IMG/VR virus record: IMGVR_UViG_2690316068_000008
Location: 1-36,857 of that record
Origin: a virus
Taxonomy: Duplodnaviria; Heunggongvirae; Uroviricota; Caudoviricetes
Reading direction: 5' to 3' (one strand)
Length of the DNA stretch: 36,857 bases
Positions 17,174-26,288 of the stretch are shown here, in pieces. The notes beneath the pieces were generated by a model. It saw only the letters and a list, made by a program, of their open reading frames with translations. It had not been told where the DNA came from and did not search any database. The position numbers and the translations under genes are program-made. Numbering within the stretch: the stretch's first letter is position 1; every line of letters begins with the position of its first letter.

Positions 17174-17176
17174 CCC

Positions 17177-17827
17177 ATGAGCCTGAGTCCCGCACGGCAG
17201 CATCGCCTGCGCGTTCAGGCTGAACAGGCCGCCCGTGAGGGCGGCAGCGTTCGCCACGCGTCGGGCTATGACCTGATGCTGCTGCAACTGGCGGAAGACC
17301 GCCGCCGTCTCAAGGGCGTTCAGTCCACGGTCAAAAAAGCGGAAATCAAGGTGGAACTGCTGCCGAAATACGCCGCCTGGGCAGAGGGTGTCCTGGCTGG
17401 CGGAGGCGCGCAACAGGATGACGTGCTGATGTACGTGATGCTGTGGCGCATTGATGCCGGAGATTATGCCGGGGCGCTAGAGATCGGGCGTCACGCCCTG
17501 CGTCATGGCTGGGTGATGCCGTTGGGTAACCGCAACGTGCAGACCGTGCTGGCAGAGGAAATGGCAGACGCGGCGCAGAGCGCAATGCTTGCCGCCACCG
17601 GCTTTGATGCTGATCTGTTGCTGCAGACGCTGGAGCTGACAGACGGTCTGGATATGCCGGACCAGTCACGGGCGCGTCTGCATAAAGCGATTGGCGCGGT
17701 CCTGAGTGAAAGCAATCCGGCGTCTGCCCTTAATCATCTCAACCATGCGTTACAGCTCGATCCCCGCTGTGGCGTGAAAAAAGACAAACAGCAGCTGGAG
17801 CGCAGACTGCGCAATGACAGCCGCTGA
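17177..17827 (+). CDS. M: Terminase small (endonuclease) subunit gpM
   Basis: 216 aa; AQQDDVLMYVMLWRIDAGDYAGALEI resembles P2 gpM as recalled. Confidence 0.8.
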   Translation: MSLSPARQHRLRVQAEQAAREGGSVRHASGYDLMLLQLAEDRRRLKGVQSTVKKAEIKVELLPKYAAWAEGVLAGGGAQQDDVLMYVMLWRIDAGDYAGALEIGRHALRHGWVMPLGNRNVQTVLAEEMADAAQSAMLAATGFDADLLLQTLELTDGLDMPDQSRARLHKAIGAVLSESNPASALNHLNHALQLDPRCGVKKDKQQLERRLRNDSR

Positions 17828-17922
17828 CAGAACGTGCCCCCGCGCACGGGCGGCACGGGGTGGCGAAAGGCACAGCCACATCAAAACTCCGTCCACCGCC
17901 CTCTATTTCAGGAGAAAGCAGC

Positions 17923-18387
17923 ATGAAGTTTGTTGCGCCAGAACAGGCACCGGAACAGGCGGAAATCATCAGAAATACGCCGTTCTGGCCTGATGTGGAC
18001 CTGTCGGAGTTTCGCAGCGTGATGCGCACTGACGGCACGGTGACGCAGCCGCGTTTAAAGCAGGTTGCGCTGTCGGCAATTTCGGAGGTCAACGCAGAGC
18101 TGTATGAGTTTCGCAGACGTCAGCAGATGCTGGGATATGCCTCGCTGGCAGAGGTTCCGGCTGAACAGCTGGACGGCAAAAGTGAGCGCATTCATCACTA
18201 TTTCAACGCGGTTTACTGCTGGGCACGCGCCATGCTCAACGAGCGTTATCAGGACTATGACACCACGGCATCCGGTGTGAAGCGGGGCGAGGAACTGGCG
18301 GAAGCAAGCGGTGATTTGTGGCGTGACGCCCGCTGGGCCATCAGCCGGGTGCAGGATGCGCCGCACTGCACAGTGGAGCTTATCTGA
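17923..18387 (+). CDS. L: Head completion/stabilisation protein gpL
   Basis: ATG at 17923 with GGAGA RBS. Position between M and X. Confidence 0.7.
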   Translation: MKFVAPEQAPEQAEIIRNTPFWPDVDLSEFRSVMRTDGTVTQPRLKQVALSAISEVNAELYEFRRRQQMLGYASLAEVPAEQLDGKSERIHHYFNAVYCWARAMLNERYQDYDTTASGVKRGEELAEASGDLWRDARWAISRVQDAPHCTVELI

Positions 18388-18590
18388 TGAAAGTGCGTGC
18401 GTATCAGTATGACACGGTGGACGCGCTTTGCTGGCGTCATTACGGGCGCACGCAGGGTGTCACGGAGCAGGTACTGAAGGCAAATCCGGGGCTTGCCGAA
18501 TACGGCCCCTTTTTACCTCACGGGCTGCAGGTGGAGCTGCCGGACATACCGACAACCACCACCGTGCAGACCGTCCAGCTATGGGACTGA
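18387..18590 (+). CDS. X: Tail protein gpX
   Basis: 67 aa, overlapping the L stop. Size and position as for P2 X. Confidence 0.65.
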   Translation: MKVRAYQYDTVDALCWRHYGRTQGVTEQVLKANPGLAEYGPFLPHGLQVELPDIPTTTTVQTVQLWD

Positions 18591-18593
18591 ATT

Positions 18594-18809
18594 ATGACGC
18601 TTGAGCGAATCAGCGCCTTTATCACGTATTGCATCGCCGTCGTGCTGGCCTGGCTGGGCGATTTGTCCATCAAGGATGCCTCAACGCTGGGCGGCCTGAT
18701 GATTGGTGTGCTGATGCTGGCTATCAACTGGTACTACAAACACAAAGCCTACCAGCTTCTGCGCGACGGGCAGATCTCGCGGGAGGACTATGAATCCATC
18801 AATCGTTAA
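18594..18809 (+). CDS. Holin (two-TM, pinholin-like)
   Basis: 71 aa with two hydrophobic segments (ISAFITYCIAVVLAWLG and LGGLMIGVLMLAINWYY), immediately upstream of the endolysin. Confidence 0.55.
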   Translation: MTLERISAFITYCIAVVLAWLGDLSIKDASTLGGLMIGVLMLAINWYYKHKAYQLLRDGQISREDYESINR

Positions 18810-19305
18810 ACGCTGCCTTGTCGGGACCGTGCTGGCTATTGCTGCCACGCTGCCGGGTTTTCAGCAGCTTCACACCTCCGTGGAGGGGCTGAAACTGATT
18901 GCTGATTACGAAGGCTGTCGTCTGCAGCCGTATCAGTGCAGCGCGGGTGTCTGGACCGACGGCATTGGTAATACACTGGGCGTCATCCCGGGCAAAAACA
19001 TTACGGAACGACAGGCAGCGGAAGGGCTGATCTCCAACGTGCTGCGTGTGGAGCGAGCGCTGGAAAGGTGTGTCAAGCAACAGCCGCCGCAGAAGGTGTA
19101 TGACGCTGCAGTGTCGTTTGCCTTCAACGTGGGAACGGGCAATGCCTGCAGTTCCACACTGGTGAAATTACTCAATCAGCGGCGCTGGGCGGATGCGTGC
19201 CGACAGTTGCCGCGCTGGGTGTATGTAAAAGGTGTGTTTAATCAGGGGCTGGATAACCGCCGAGCGCGGGAGATGGCCTGGTGCCTTAAAGGAGCTGGAC
19301 TATGA
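18790..19305 (+). CDS. Endolysin, T4-lysozyme-like with N-terminal signal-anchor-release (SAR)-like segment
   Basis: 171 aa. Hydrophobic N-terminus LVGTVLAIAATLPG followed by GVWTDGIGNT and FAFNVGTGN motifs resembling the phage 21 SAR endolysin as recalled. Confidence 0.75.
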   Translation: MNPSIVKRCLVGTVLAIAATLPGFQQLHTSVEGLKLIADYEGCRLQPYQCSAGVWTDGIGNTLGVIPGKNITERQAAEGLISNVLRVERALERCVKQQPPQKVYDAAVSFAFNVGTGNACSSTLVKLLNQRRWADACRQLPRWVYVKGVFNQGLDNRRAREMAWCLKGAGL

Positions 19306-19730
19306 CACGTGCGCTGGCGGTAGTGGCGGCGCTGGCACTCGTTGCGCTGGGCTGGCAGTCGTGGCGGCTTAACAGCGCCAGCCATACCATCGAAACGCAG
19401 CGCGCGGCGCTGAAAAGTAAAGCGCACGAACTAACGAAGAAAAATAGCCAGCTGATCAGTCTGTCCATTCTGGCTGAAACCAACAACCGGGAGCAGGCGC
19501 GGCTCTACGCCGAAGCAGAACAGACCAGTGCACTGCTGAGACAACGACAACATCGGATTGAGGAACTGAAACGTGAGAACGAGGATTTACGCCGCTGGGC
19601 TGATACTCCTTTGCCTGCTGACATTATCCGGCTGCGGGAACGTCCGGCACTCACCGGAGGTGCAGCTTACCGTCAGTGGGTGTCCGCGAGTGACGCCGTG
19701 TCGGCTGGATCAGGCAGCGCCGCGCACTAA
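19302..19730 (+). CDS. lysB: Inner-membrane spanin (LysB/Rz-like)
   Basis: 142 aa with N-terminal TM segment (ALAVVAALALVALGW) and coiled-coil-rich periplasmic part. Confidence 0.6.
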   Translation: MTRALAVVAALALVALGWQSWRLNSASHTIETQRAALKSKAHELTKKNSQLISLSILAETNNREQARLYAEAEQTSALLRQRQHRIEELKRENEDLRRWADTPLPADIIRLRERPALTGGAAYRQWVSASDAVSAGSGSAAH

Positions 19731-19863
19731 CGGTGATCTGAACGCATTGCTGGATGAAACGGAGGTCGCCTGGGCGGTCTGTGCAGACAAAGTGGACATG
19801 ATTATTGCGTGTCAGGAGCGAAACAGTGAACAAACCACAATCCCTGCGCCACGCCCTCAATAA
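19573..19863 (+). CDS. lysC: Outer-membrane lipoprotein spanin (LysC/Rz1-like), overlapping lysB in another frame
   Basis: 96 aa with lipobox LTLSGC, proline-rich; starts inside lysB and extends beyond it. Confidence 0.55.
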   Translation: MRTRIYAAGLILLCLLTLSGCGNVRHSPEVQLTVSGCPRVTPCRLDQAAPRTNGDLNALLDETEVAWAVCADKVDMIIACQERNSEQTTIPAPRPQ

Positions 19864-20257
19864 AGCAGTGCCTTATGTCCGCAATAACCCGGACAAACTG
19901 CATCTGTTTGTGGATAACGGTTCGCTGGTTGCCACGGGGGCCAGCTCCATGTCATGGGAGTACCGCTATACCCTGAACGTGGTGATAGAGGATTTCAGCG
20001 GCGACCAGAATCTGCTGATGGCCCCGGTTTTATTGTGGCTGCGGGATAACCAGCCCGATGCCATCAATAACCCGGCGTTACGGGAAAAGCTATTCACCTT
20101 TGAGGTGGATATTCTGCGCAACGATGTCTGTGATATCAGCCTTAACCTGCAACTGACGGAGCGTGTGCTGGTCAGCACTGACGGCAGTGTGTCGAGCGTT
20201 GAAGCTGTAGCAGAACCCGATGAACCTGAAGAAATGTGGACGGTGAAACGTGGCTGA
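19826..20257 (+). CDS. R: Tail completion protein gpR
   Basis: Probable GTG start at 19826 (AGGAG RBS). VNKPQSLRHALNKAVPYVRNNPDKLHLFVDNGSLVA resembles P2 gpR as recalled. Confidence 0.7.
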   Translation: MNKPQSLRHALNKAVPYVRNNPDKLHLFVDNGSLVATGASSMSWEYRYTLNVVIEDFSGDQNLLMAPVLLWLRDNQPDAINNPALREKLFTFEVDILRNDVCDISLNLQLTERVLVSTDGSVSSVEAVAEPDEPEEMWTVKRG

Positions 20258-20702
20258 ACTGCAGAAGGTGGACGACTGGCTGAGTGTCTTGCTGACGAAT
20301 CTGGAGCCAGCCGCAAGAAGCCGCATGATGCGTCAGCTGGCGCAGGAACTGCGCCGGACACAGCAGCAGAATATCAGGATGCAGCACAACCCTGACGGTA
20401 GCAGCTATGAACCGAGACGGGTAACAGCACGCAGCAAAAAGGGTCGCATCAAACGTCAGATGTTTACAAAGCTGCGCACCACCAAATACCTGAAAACTGC
20501 CGCCAGCGCCGATTCTGCCAGCGTGCAGTTTGAAGGTAAGGTGCAGCGCATTGCCCGCGTTCACCATTACGGCCTGCGTGATCGTGTAAGCCGTAATGGT
20601 CCGGAAGTGCGGTATGCAGAGCGGCGATTATTAGGTTTCAATAACGATATAATGTTGAAGTTAATTGATCTGTTAACTCGGCATTTAATTAATCCAAACT
20701 AA
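20250..20702 (+). CDS. S: Tail completion protein gpS
   Basis: 150 aa, apparent GTG start overlapping the R stop. Size matches P2 S. Confidence 0.7.
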   Translation: MAELQKVDDWLSVLLTNLEPAARSRMMRQLAQELRRTQQQNIRMQHNPDGSSYEPRRVTARSKKGRIKRQMFTKLRTTKYLKTAASADSASVQFEGKVQRIARVHHYGLRDRVSRNGPEVRYAERRLLGFNNDIMLKLIDLLTRHLINPN

Positions 20703-21894
20703 GTTTATATTTCTCAATGTGATTATTGATGTGATTAAAGAACATTCTTGGATTCCAACCTTTTGTGAGTTCAGAAATTAAATACTCATCAACCATGTCG
20801 AGTGCATAGTCTAAGGTCGGCTGTAAAAGTAGCCCCCCAATTGATCCAACTACTGGAGCTAAAGGAGATGTAATATTCGATGCCGCTAAGGCTCCAGTTA
20901 ACATCATGGCAATGCTCTTAGTCGAACGGCCTAAAAAGGAATCAAAAAATCCTTTTGAGTTTGATATGCTATCAATGTAATATTTTGAGATGTCACTCGC
21001 TGAACTGCTTTGTTCTGCTTCTTTTAACCATTTTCTGAATTTTTTAGCATGACGATCATTTCTGAGCCTCATGATGTCATTCATTGGTAATCCCATTTCA
21101 ATAAATGATTTACGTAAGTCAGGGAAGTTTTCAATGAGTGAAATTTGTTTGAATATCTCATTCTTATCAATTGTAATTAATGCTTGGCTGATAATTGCAC
21201 TCACATTGTCTGTTATGTGGGGGCGAGCTTTTTTATTAACGAGATATTTAAAGTTGAACAGTTCTTCTGCAACTTTTCCTAACTTTTTTTTATCGGTAAG
21301 ACTCAAATCTGTTAATTTCTCTTTAGTTAAATCGATTCCCAACTGGTTAAGTTTACCACTATTCAAAGCTGATATTGTCATGTCAACACAGTCTTTTTCT
21401 AAACCTTTGGGAATGTCTAAGTAGTTATCTCTCAGTTTTTTAATAAGATTTCTTTTTTCACCAGGTTTAAGACCTTTTCTTAATACGCTGAGCCCAGTTG
21501 AGATCGACTCCTCAGGGTCCGTATGTACGGTACTATTAAATCTCATGCTAACTAATGGAAGAGTTCCAGGTATCGGAGATGAAATGTATCCAACATTGGC
21601 AGTCCATAATGAAAAACTAAGAGCCTCTTGGTCAATTAATCTCTCAACATCATATAGGCCTATCTCATTAACCAGAAAAGCAAGTGGAACGTTTTCTCCA
21701 TATACTTTGAAGTTTAATTTTTCATTTAAAATAAAACCCTCAAATAGCTTTGATCTAATATTTTGAAGTTTTTTAGGTTGATCTATTATGTCTTGCTTCG
21801 TGAGCTGTGTTTCGCCAATCATAATATATTTTCGGCAGTAATCGTTTAGTTCTGTATCAAATAAAGCATTCGATATATCTATTTTTTTTGACAT
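20689..21894 (-). CDS. Hypothetical 401-aa cargo (moron) protein with C-terminal hydrophobic segment
   Basis: Long AT-rich ORF on the opposite strand between S and V, ATG at 21894. C-terminal stretch SIAMMLTGALAASNITSPLAPVVGSIGGLLLQ is hydrophobic. No recognisable catalytic motif. Confidence 0.5.
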   Translation of the reverse strand: MSKKIDISNALFDTELNDYCRKYIMIGETQLTKQDIIDQPKKLQNIRSKLFEGFILNEKLNFKVYGENVPLAFLVNEIGLYDVERLIDQEALSFSLWTANVGYISSPIPGTLPLVSMRFNSTVHTDPEESISTGLSVLRKGLKPGEKRNLIKKLRDNYLDIPKGLEKDCVDMTISALNSGKLNQLGIDLTKEKLTDLSLTDKKKLGKVAEELFNFKYLVNKKARPHITDNVSAIISQALITIDKNEIFKQISLIENFPDLRKSFIEMGLPMNDIMRLRNDRHAKKFRKWLKEAEQSSSASDISKYYIDSISNSKGFFDSFLGRSTKSIAMMLTGALAASNITSPLAPVVGSIGGLLLQPTLDYALDMVDEYLISELTKGWNPRMFFNHINNHIEKYKLSLD

Positions 21895-22069
21895 CTTATG
21901 ATCCTGTTATCCTTGTGAGGACACCCTAGAGTAATAGTGAATTTATAAATACACAGCGGCATAAATTAGATCTTTTAAGATTTTTTTTCAATCTATAAAT
22001 ATATATAAGTGAAAAGTGATTTTTTGACTGTGAGGGCGGCAAAAGGTGTGGGACGACTTTAAAAGTCAT

Positions 22070-22087
22070 TGTGCTATTGATTACACA
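22070..22087. promoter_or_regulatory. Ogr/Delta-type late-promoter activator site (TGT-N12-ACA) upstream of V
   Basis: TGTgctattgattacACA about 50 bp upstream of the V start. Confidence 0.4.
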
Positions 22088-22133
22088 AGCTTGCGACCTA
22101 TCCAGGTGACTCCTGGAAAGACATTCTATAGGC

Positions 22134-22712
22134 ATGAACGCACAACTAACAGAAATCATGCGCCTTATCACCAACCTAATCCGCACTGGTGTAGTCACCG
22201 ACGTGGACCGGGAGAACTGGCTTTGTCGGGTGAAAACGGGCGAGCTTGAAACTAACTGGATCAGCTGGCTGACGCTGCGTGCAGGGAATGCCAGGACATG
22301 GTGGCGACCATCGGAAGGTGAGCAGGTGGTGGTGCTGAGCATGGGCGGCAATCTGGAAACCGCGTTTGCGCTGCCCGCCATCTATTCGAATCAGTTCGCG
22401 CCACCGTCGACGTCGGCGGACGCCTGCGTGACAGAACATCCTGACGGTGGCTGGTTTGAATACGAACCCGCCACCGGGCGCTGGTATGTCAGAGGCATCA
22501 AATCAATGGTCATTGAGGCCGCTGACAACATCACCATGAAAACCAGTGAGTTTGTACTGGAGGCTGACCGCACGCGCATTAACAGCGAAGTGGTGATCAA
22601 TGGTGGCATTACCCAGGGCGGCGGAGCGATGAGTTCTAACGGGATCGTGGTTGATGCGCATCAGCATACTGGCGTCCTGAAAGGCGGCGATACCACCGGA
22701 GGCCCGGTATGA
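22134..22712 (+). CDS. V: Baseplate spike/assembly protein gpV
   Basis: 192 aa, first gene of the V-W-J-I-H-G operon. Size and position as for P2 V. Confidence 0.8.
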   Translation: MNAQLTEIMRLITNLIRTGVVTDVDRENWLCRVKTGELETNWISWLTLRAGNARTWWRPSEGEQVVVLSMGGNLETAFALPAIYSNQFAPPSTSADACVTEHPDGGWFEYEPATGRWYVRGIKSMVIEAADNITMKTSEFVLEADRTRINSEVVINGGITQGGGAMSSNGIVVDAHQHTGVLKGGDTTGGPV

Positions 22713-23068
22713 CGCTTTATAGCGGGATGAACAATACCAGCGGCAAAGCCATTACTGATATTGACCATCTGCGCCAGTCGGTGCGGGACATTCTGCTGAC
22801 CCCACAGGGTAGCCGCATTGCCCGTCGTGAATATGGTTCCCTGCTGTTGGCGCTAATAGACCAGCCACAAAATCCGGCGTTACGCCTGCAGGTCATGTCG
22901 GCAGTGTATGTGGCGCTGAGTCGCTGGGAGCCACGGCTGACGCTGGATTCCATCACCATCAACAGCAACTTTGACGGTTCTATGGTGGTGGAGCTGACCG
23001 GGCGGCGGAATAACGGTGTGCCTGTGTCCCTTTCCGTATCAACAGGAGCAGAGAATGGCAGTGATTGA
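22709..23068 (+). CDS. W: Baseplate wedge protein gpW (gp25-like)
   Basis: 119 aa, overlapping the V stop. Size as for P2 W. Confidence 0.8.
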   Translation: MTLYSGMNNTSGKAITDIDHLRQSVRDILLTPQGSRIARREYGSLLLALIDQPQNPALRLQVMSAVYVALSRWEPRLTLDSITINSNFDGSMVVELTGRRNNGVPVSLSVSTGAENGSD

Positions 23069-23963
23069 CCTTTCGCAGTTGCCTGCGCCGCAGATTGTGG
23101 ATGTGCCGGACTTTGAGACGCTGCTTACCGAACGCAAGGCAGAATTTGTGGCGCTTCATCCGAAAGATGAGCAGGAAGCAGTGATCCGCACGCTGGAACT
23201 GGAATCTGAACCCGTCACCAAATTGTTGCAGGAGAATGCTTACCGTGAGTTGCTTCTGCGCCAGCGCATTAACGAAGCCGCGCATGCTGTGATGGTGGCT
23301 TACGCGATGGGCGGCGATCTTGACCAGCTCGCTGCCAACTACAACGTGAAACGCCTGACGGTGACGCCTGCTGATAATGACGCTGTGCCACCCGTTGCGG
23401 CTGTGATGGAAAGCGATGAAGCGTTACGCCTGCGTGTGCCTGCGGCTTTTGAAGGGCTTTCGGTTGCGGGGCCAACCGCAGCTTATGAATTTCATGCCCG
23501 AAGCGCCGACGGTCGGGTGGCGGATGCCAGTGCAACCAGCCCGGCACCTGCAGAGGTGGTACTGACTGTCCTTAGCCGCGAAGGCGACGGAACAGCAGAA
23601 AAAGACCTGCTGGATGTGGTGGAGAACGCCCTGAACAGTGAGAACGTCCGCCCGGTGGCTGACCGTCTGACGGTTCGCAGCGCAGAAATCATACCGTACC
23701 GCGTGGAAGCCACCATTTTTCTCTATCCGGGGCCGGAAGCAGAGCCGGTAATGGCAGCGGCAAAAGCCAGCCTGCAGAAGTACATCGCCAGTCAGACGCG
23801 GCTTGGTCGGGATATTCGCCGTAGCGCCATCTTTGCCGCCCTGCATGTTGAGGGTGTGCAGCGTGTGGAGCTGGCTTCGCCGCTGGCGGATGTGGTTTTG
23901 AACAAAACGCAGGCGGCATCATGTACGGAGTGGAGCGTGACCAACGGGGGAACGGATGAATAG
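23055..23963 (+). CDS. J: Baseplate protein gpJ
   Basis: ATG at 23055 gives MAVIDLSQLPAPQIVDVPDFETLL, resembling the P2 gpJ N-terminus as recalled. Confidence 0.8.
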   Translation: MAVIDLSQLPAPQIVDVPDFETLLTERKAEFVALHPKDEQEAVIRTLELESEPVTKLLQENAYRELLLRQRINEAAHAVMVAYAMGGDLDQLAANYNVKRLTVTPADNDAVPPVAAVMESDEALRLRVPAAFEGLSVAGPTAAYEFHARSADGRVADASATSPAPAEVVLTVLSREGDGTAEKDLLDVVENALNSENVRPVADRLTVRSAEIIPYRVEATIFLYPGPEAEPVMAAAKASLQKYIASQTRLGRDIRRSAIFAALHVEGVQRVELASPLADVVLNKTQAASCTEWSVTNGGTDE

Positions 23964-24561
23964 TCTGCTGCCATCGGGGTCAACTTCACTGGAGCGCCGA
24001 CTGGCGCAGACCTGTAGCGGGATTTCTGATCTGCAGGTGCCGCTGCGTGACTTGTGGAATCCGGCTACCTGCCCGGTCAGCTTCCTGCCTTATCTCGCCT
24101 GGGCGTTCTCTGTGGATCGCTGGGACGAAGGCTGGACAGAAAGCGTCAAGCGCCAGGTGGTGAAGGATGCTTTTTATATTCATCAGCATAAAGGGACCAC
24201 CAGTGCCGTGCGGCGGGTGGTGGAGCCGTTCGGCTTTCTGATCCGCATTATTGAGTGGTGGCAGACCGGAGAGGCACCGGGCACGTTTCGTCTGGATATC
24301 GGCGTGCAGGACCAGGGCATCACTGAAGATACCTATCTGGAACTTGAGCGGCTGATAAGCGATGCCAAACCATGTAGCCGTCACATGATCGGCATGTCCA
24401 TCAATCTGCAGACCAGCGGTCCGCATTGGGTGGGGGCCGCCAGCTATCTTGGCGAAGAAATCACGATCTATCCGTATATCAACGAAACAATTATTTCCGG
24501 CGGCACCGCGCATGAAGGTGGGGCGGTCCATGTTATTGACACAATGAGAGTGAATCCATGA
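23956..24561 (+). CDS. I: Baseplate protein gpI
   Basis: 201 aa, overlapping J stop and H start. Confidence 0.75.
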   Translation: MNSLLPSGSTSLERRLAQTCSGISDLQVPLRDLWNPATCPVSFLPYLAWAFSVDRWDEGWTESVKRQVVKDAFYIHQHKGTTSAVRRVVEPFGFLIRIIEWWQTGEAPGTFRLDIGVQDQGITEDTYLELERLISDAKPCSRHMIGMSINLQTSGPHWVGAASYLGEEITIYPYINETIISGGTAHEGGAVHVIDTMRVNP

Positions 24562-26288
24562 GCACAAAATTTTATACCCTGCTGACGGATATTGGCGCGG
24601 CGAAACTTGCCAGCGCCGCCGCGCTCGGTGTGCCTTTAAAAATTACCCATATGGCGGTCGGCGATGGCGGCGGAACATTGCCAACGCCGGACGCAAAGCA
24701 GACAGCATTGGTAAATGAGAAACGCCGGGCTGCGCTGAATATGCTCTATATCGACCCGCAGAACAGCAGCCAGATTATTGCCGAACAGGTGATCCCAGAA
24801 AACGAGGGCGGTTGGTGGATACGTGAAGTGGGCCTGTTTGATGAGTCCGGGGCATTGATTGCCGTGGGCAACTGCCCGGAAAGCTATAAGCCACAACTGG
24901 CTGAAGGCAGCGGGCGCACCCAGACCGTGCGCATGGTGCTGATTACCAGCAGTACGGACAATATCACCCTGAAAATCGACCCTGCTGTCGTGCTGGCAAC
25001 CCGTCATTATGTAGATCAACAAATAGAAATTCATGAGCAATCGCGCCGCCATCCTTCTGCGTCTTTGACAGAAAAGGGATTTGTACGTCTGTATAGCGGT
25101 GTGGAAAGCAATGATGAAACAGTCGCTGCAACGCCAAAAGCAGTGAAAATAGCGATGGATAATGCCAGCGCCAGACTGGCAAAAGACCGCAATGGTTCTG
25201 ATATTCCCAATCCGGCACTGTTTGTTCAGAATCTGGGATTGAAAACGACTGTTGATAAAGCTGCATCAGCGATTCAGCCAGGAGATTATGGAATTGGCCT
25301 GGCTTATCTGAAAACCATGGGAACCAAATCGCAATTTTTTGCTTATGGTACAGCTGTCGGCTATCCAGAAGTGCCAACACATGGTGCTGGTTTCCAGGCC
25401 TGTTACAACGACAATCGACGTGCACAGATTTATGTCGCTAATGATGGCAAGATGTACTGTCGATTCAGCATGTTATCGAAAATTGCCGATGATGAAACAC
25501 CGTGGAATCAGGTGTTCACCAGTGCACATTATCCAGAAGCATCAGTGAGTGTTAAAGGAATGGTGCAACTGGGGAGCGATGTAAACAGCGTGTCAGAAAA
25601 TGTTGCGGCGACATTGAAAGCGGTAAAAATTGCGATGGACAACGCCAGCGCGAGACTGGCAAAGGACCGCAATGGTGCTGATATTCCTGACCCGACTTTG
25701 TTTATTCAGAATCTGGGACTTAAACCGACGGTTGATAAGGCTGAAAGTGCTCTGCAACAGGGAGCATACGGAATCGGTAGCAATAATAACTACGAAATGG
25801 GTGAGGTTTCACAGTTTCTTGCATATTCAGGTAATGCAGATGAAGTGCCATCGAATGGTGCAGGTTTTCAGGCTGCGTATAACAAGAACAGACGCGCGCA
25901 GATTTTCATCACCGGAGCAGGGGAAATGTATCACCGTTTCAGCGGCTCTGATACGGTTAAAGACAATACAACACTATGGCGTCGGGGTGTTTGTGAAGAT
26001 GAATTTTCATTTGGCAGCAATTATCACCGAATAACTGGCGGTGTGCTGAAGCAGTTTTTTAACAGTTATTTTTCCGGGGCAACTGGTGTGGTGAATAAAG
26101 AGTATCAGGTGAATTTTCCGACACCATTTGCCCGTCAGTGCTGGTACGTGATCCCCGTTTTCCGTTCGTCACACGGTGGGAGTGTTGAGGGTGTCGCCAT
26201 TACAGCTATTACTGCAACTGGCTTTACTCTGAGCATCACCGGAGATAACGGTGGATGGAATATTGGGTTTATTGCGGAGGGGGTCTGA
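24558..26288 (+). CDS. H: Tail fibre protein gpH
   Basis: 576 aa. Conserved P2-H-like N-terminus (MSTKFYTLLTDIGAAKLASAAALGVPLKITHMAVGDGGG) with a divergent, internally duplicated C-terminal region. Confidence 0.8.
   Translation: MSTKFYTLLTDIGAAKLASAAALGVPLKITHMAVGDGGGTLPTPDAKQTALVNEKRRAALNMLYIDPQNSSQIIAEQVIPENEGGWWIREVGLFDESGALIAVGNCPESYKPQLAEGSGRTQTVRMVLITSSTDNITLKIDPAVVLATRHYVDQQIEIHEQSRRHPSASLTEKGFVRLYSGVESNDETVAATPKAVKIAMDNASARLAKDRNGSDIPNPALFVQNLGLKTTVDKAASAIQPGDYGIGLAYLKTMGTKSQFFAYGTAVGYPEVPTHGAGFQACYNDNRRAQIYVANDGKMYCRFSMLSKIADDETPWNQVFTSAHYPEASVSVKGMVQLGSDVNSVSENVAATLKAVKIAMDNASARLAKDRNGADIPDPTLFIQNLGLKPTVDKAESALQQGAYGIGSNNNYEMGEVSQFLAYSGNADEVPSNGAGFQAAYNKNRRAQIFITGAGEMYHRFSGSDTVKDNTTLWRRGVCEDEFSFGSNYHRITGGVLKQFFNSYFSGATGVVNKEYQVNFPTPFARQCWYVIPVFRSSHGGSVEGVAITAITATGFTLSITGDNGGWNIGFIAEGV
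25071..26030 (+). repeat. Tandem direct duplication (about 480 bp x 2) inside tail fibre gene H
   Basis: Two adjacent protein segments of about 160 aa are clearly homologous (AATPKAVKIAMDNASARLAKDRNGSDIPNPALFVQNLGLK... versus AATLKAVKIAMDNASARLAKDRNGADIPDPTLFIQNLGLK...), with matching DNA. Confidence 0.6.

Noticed and set aside
20250-20702. Possible truncation or replacement of the gpS C-terminus by the AT-rich moron insertion
   Set aside because: The S ORF has the expected length for P2 gpS. The AT-rich final codons are suggestive, but without an alignment I cannot show that the C-terminus is altered.
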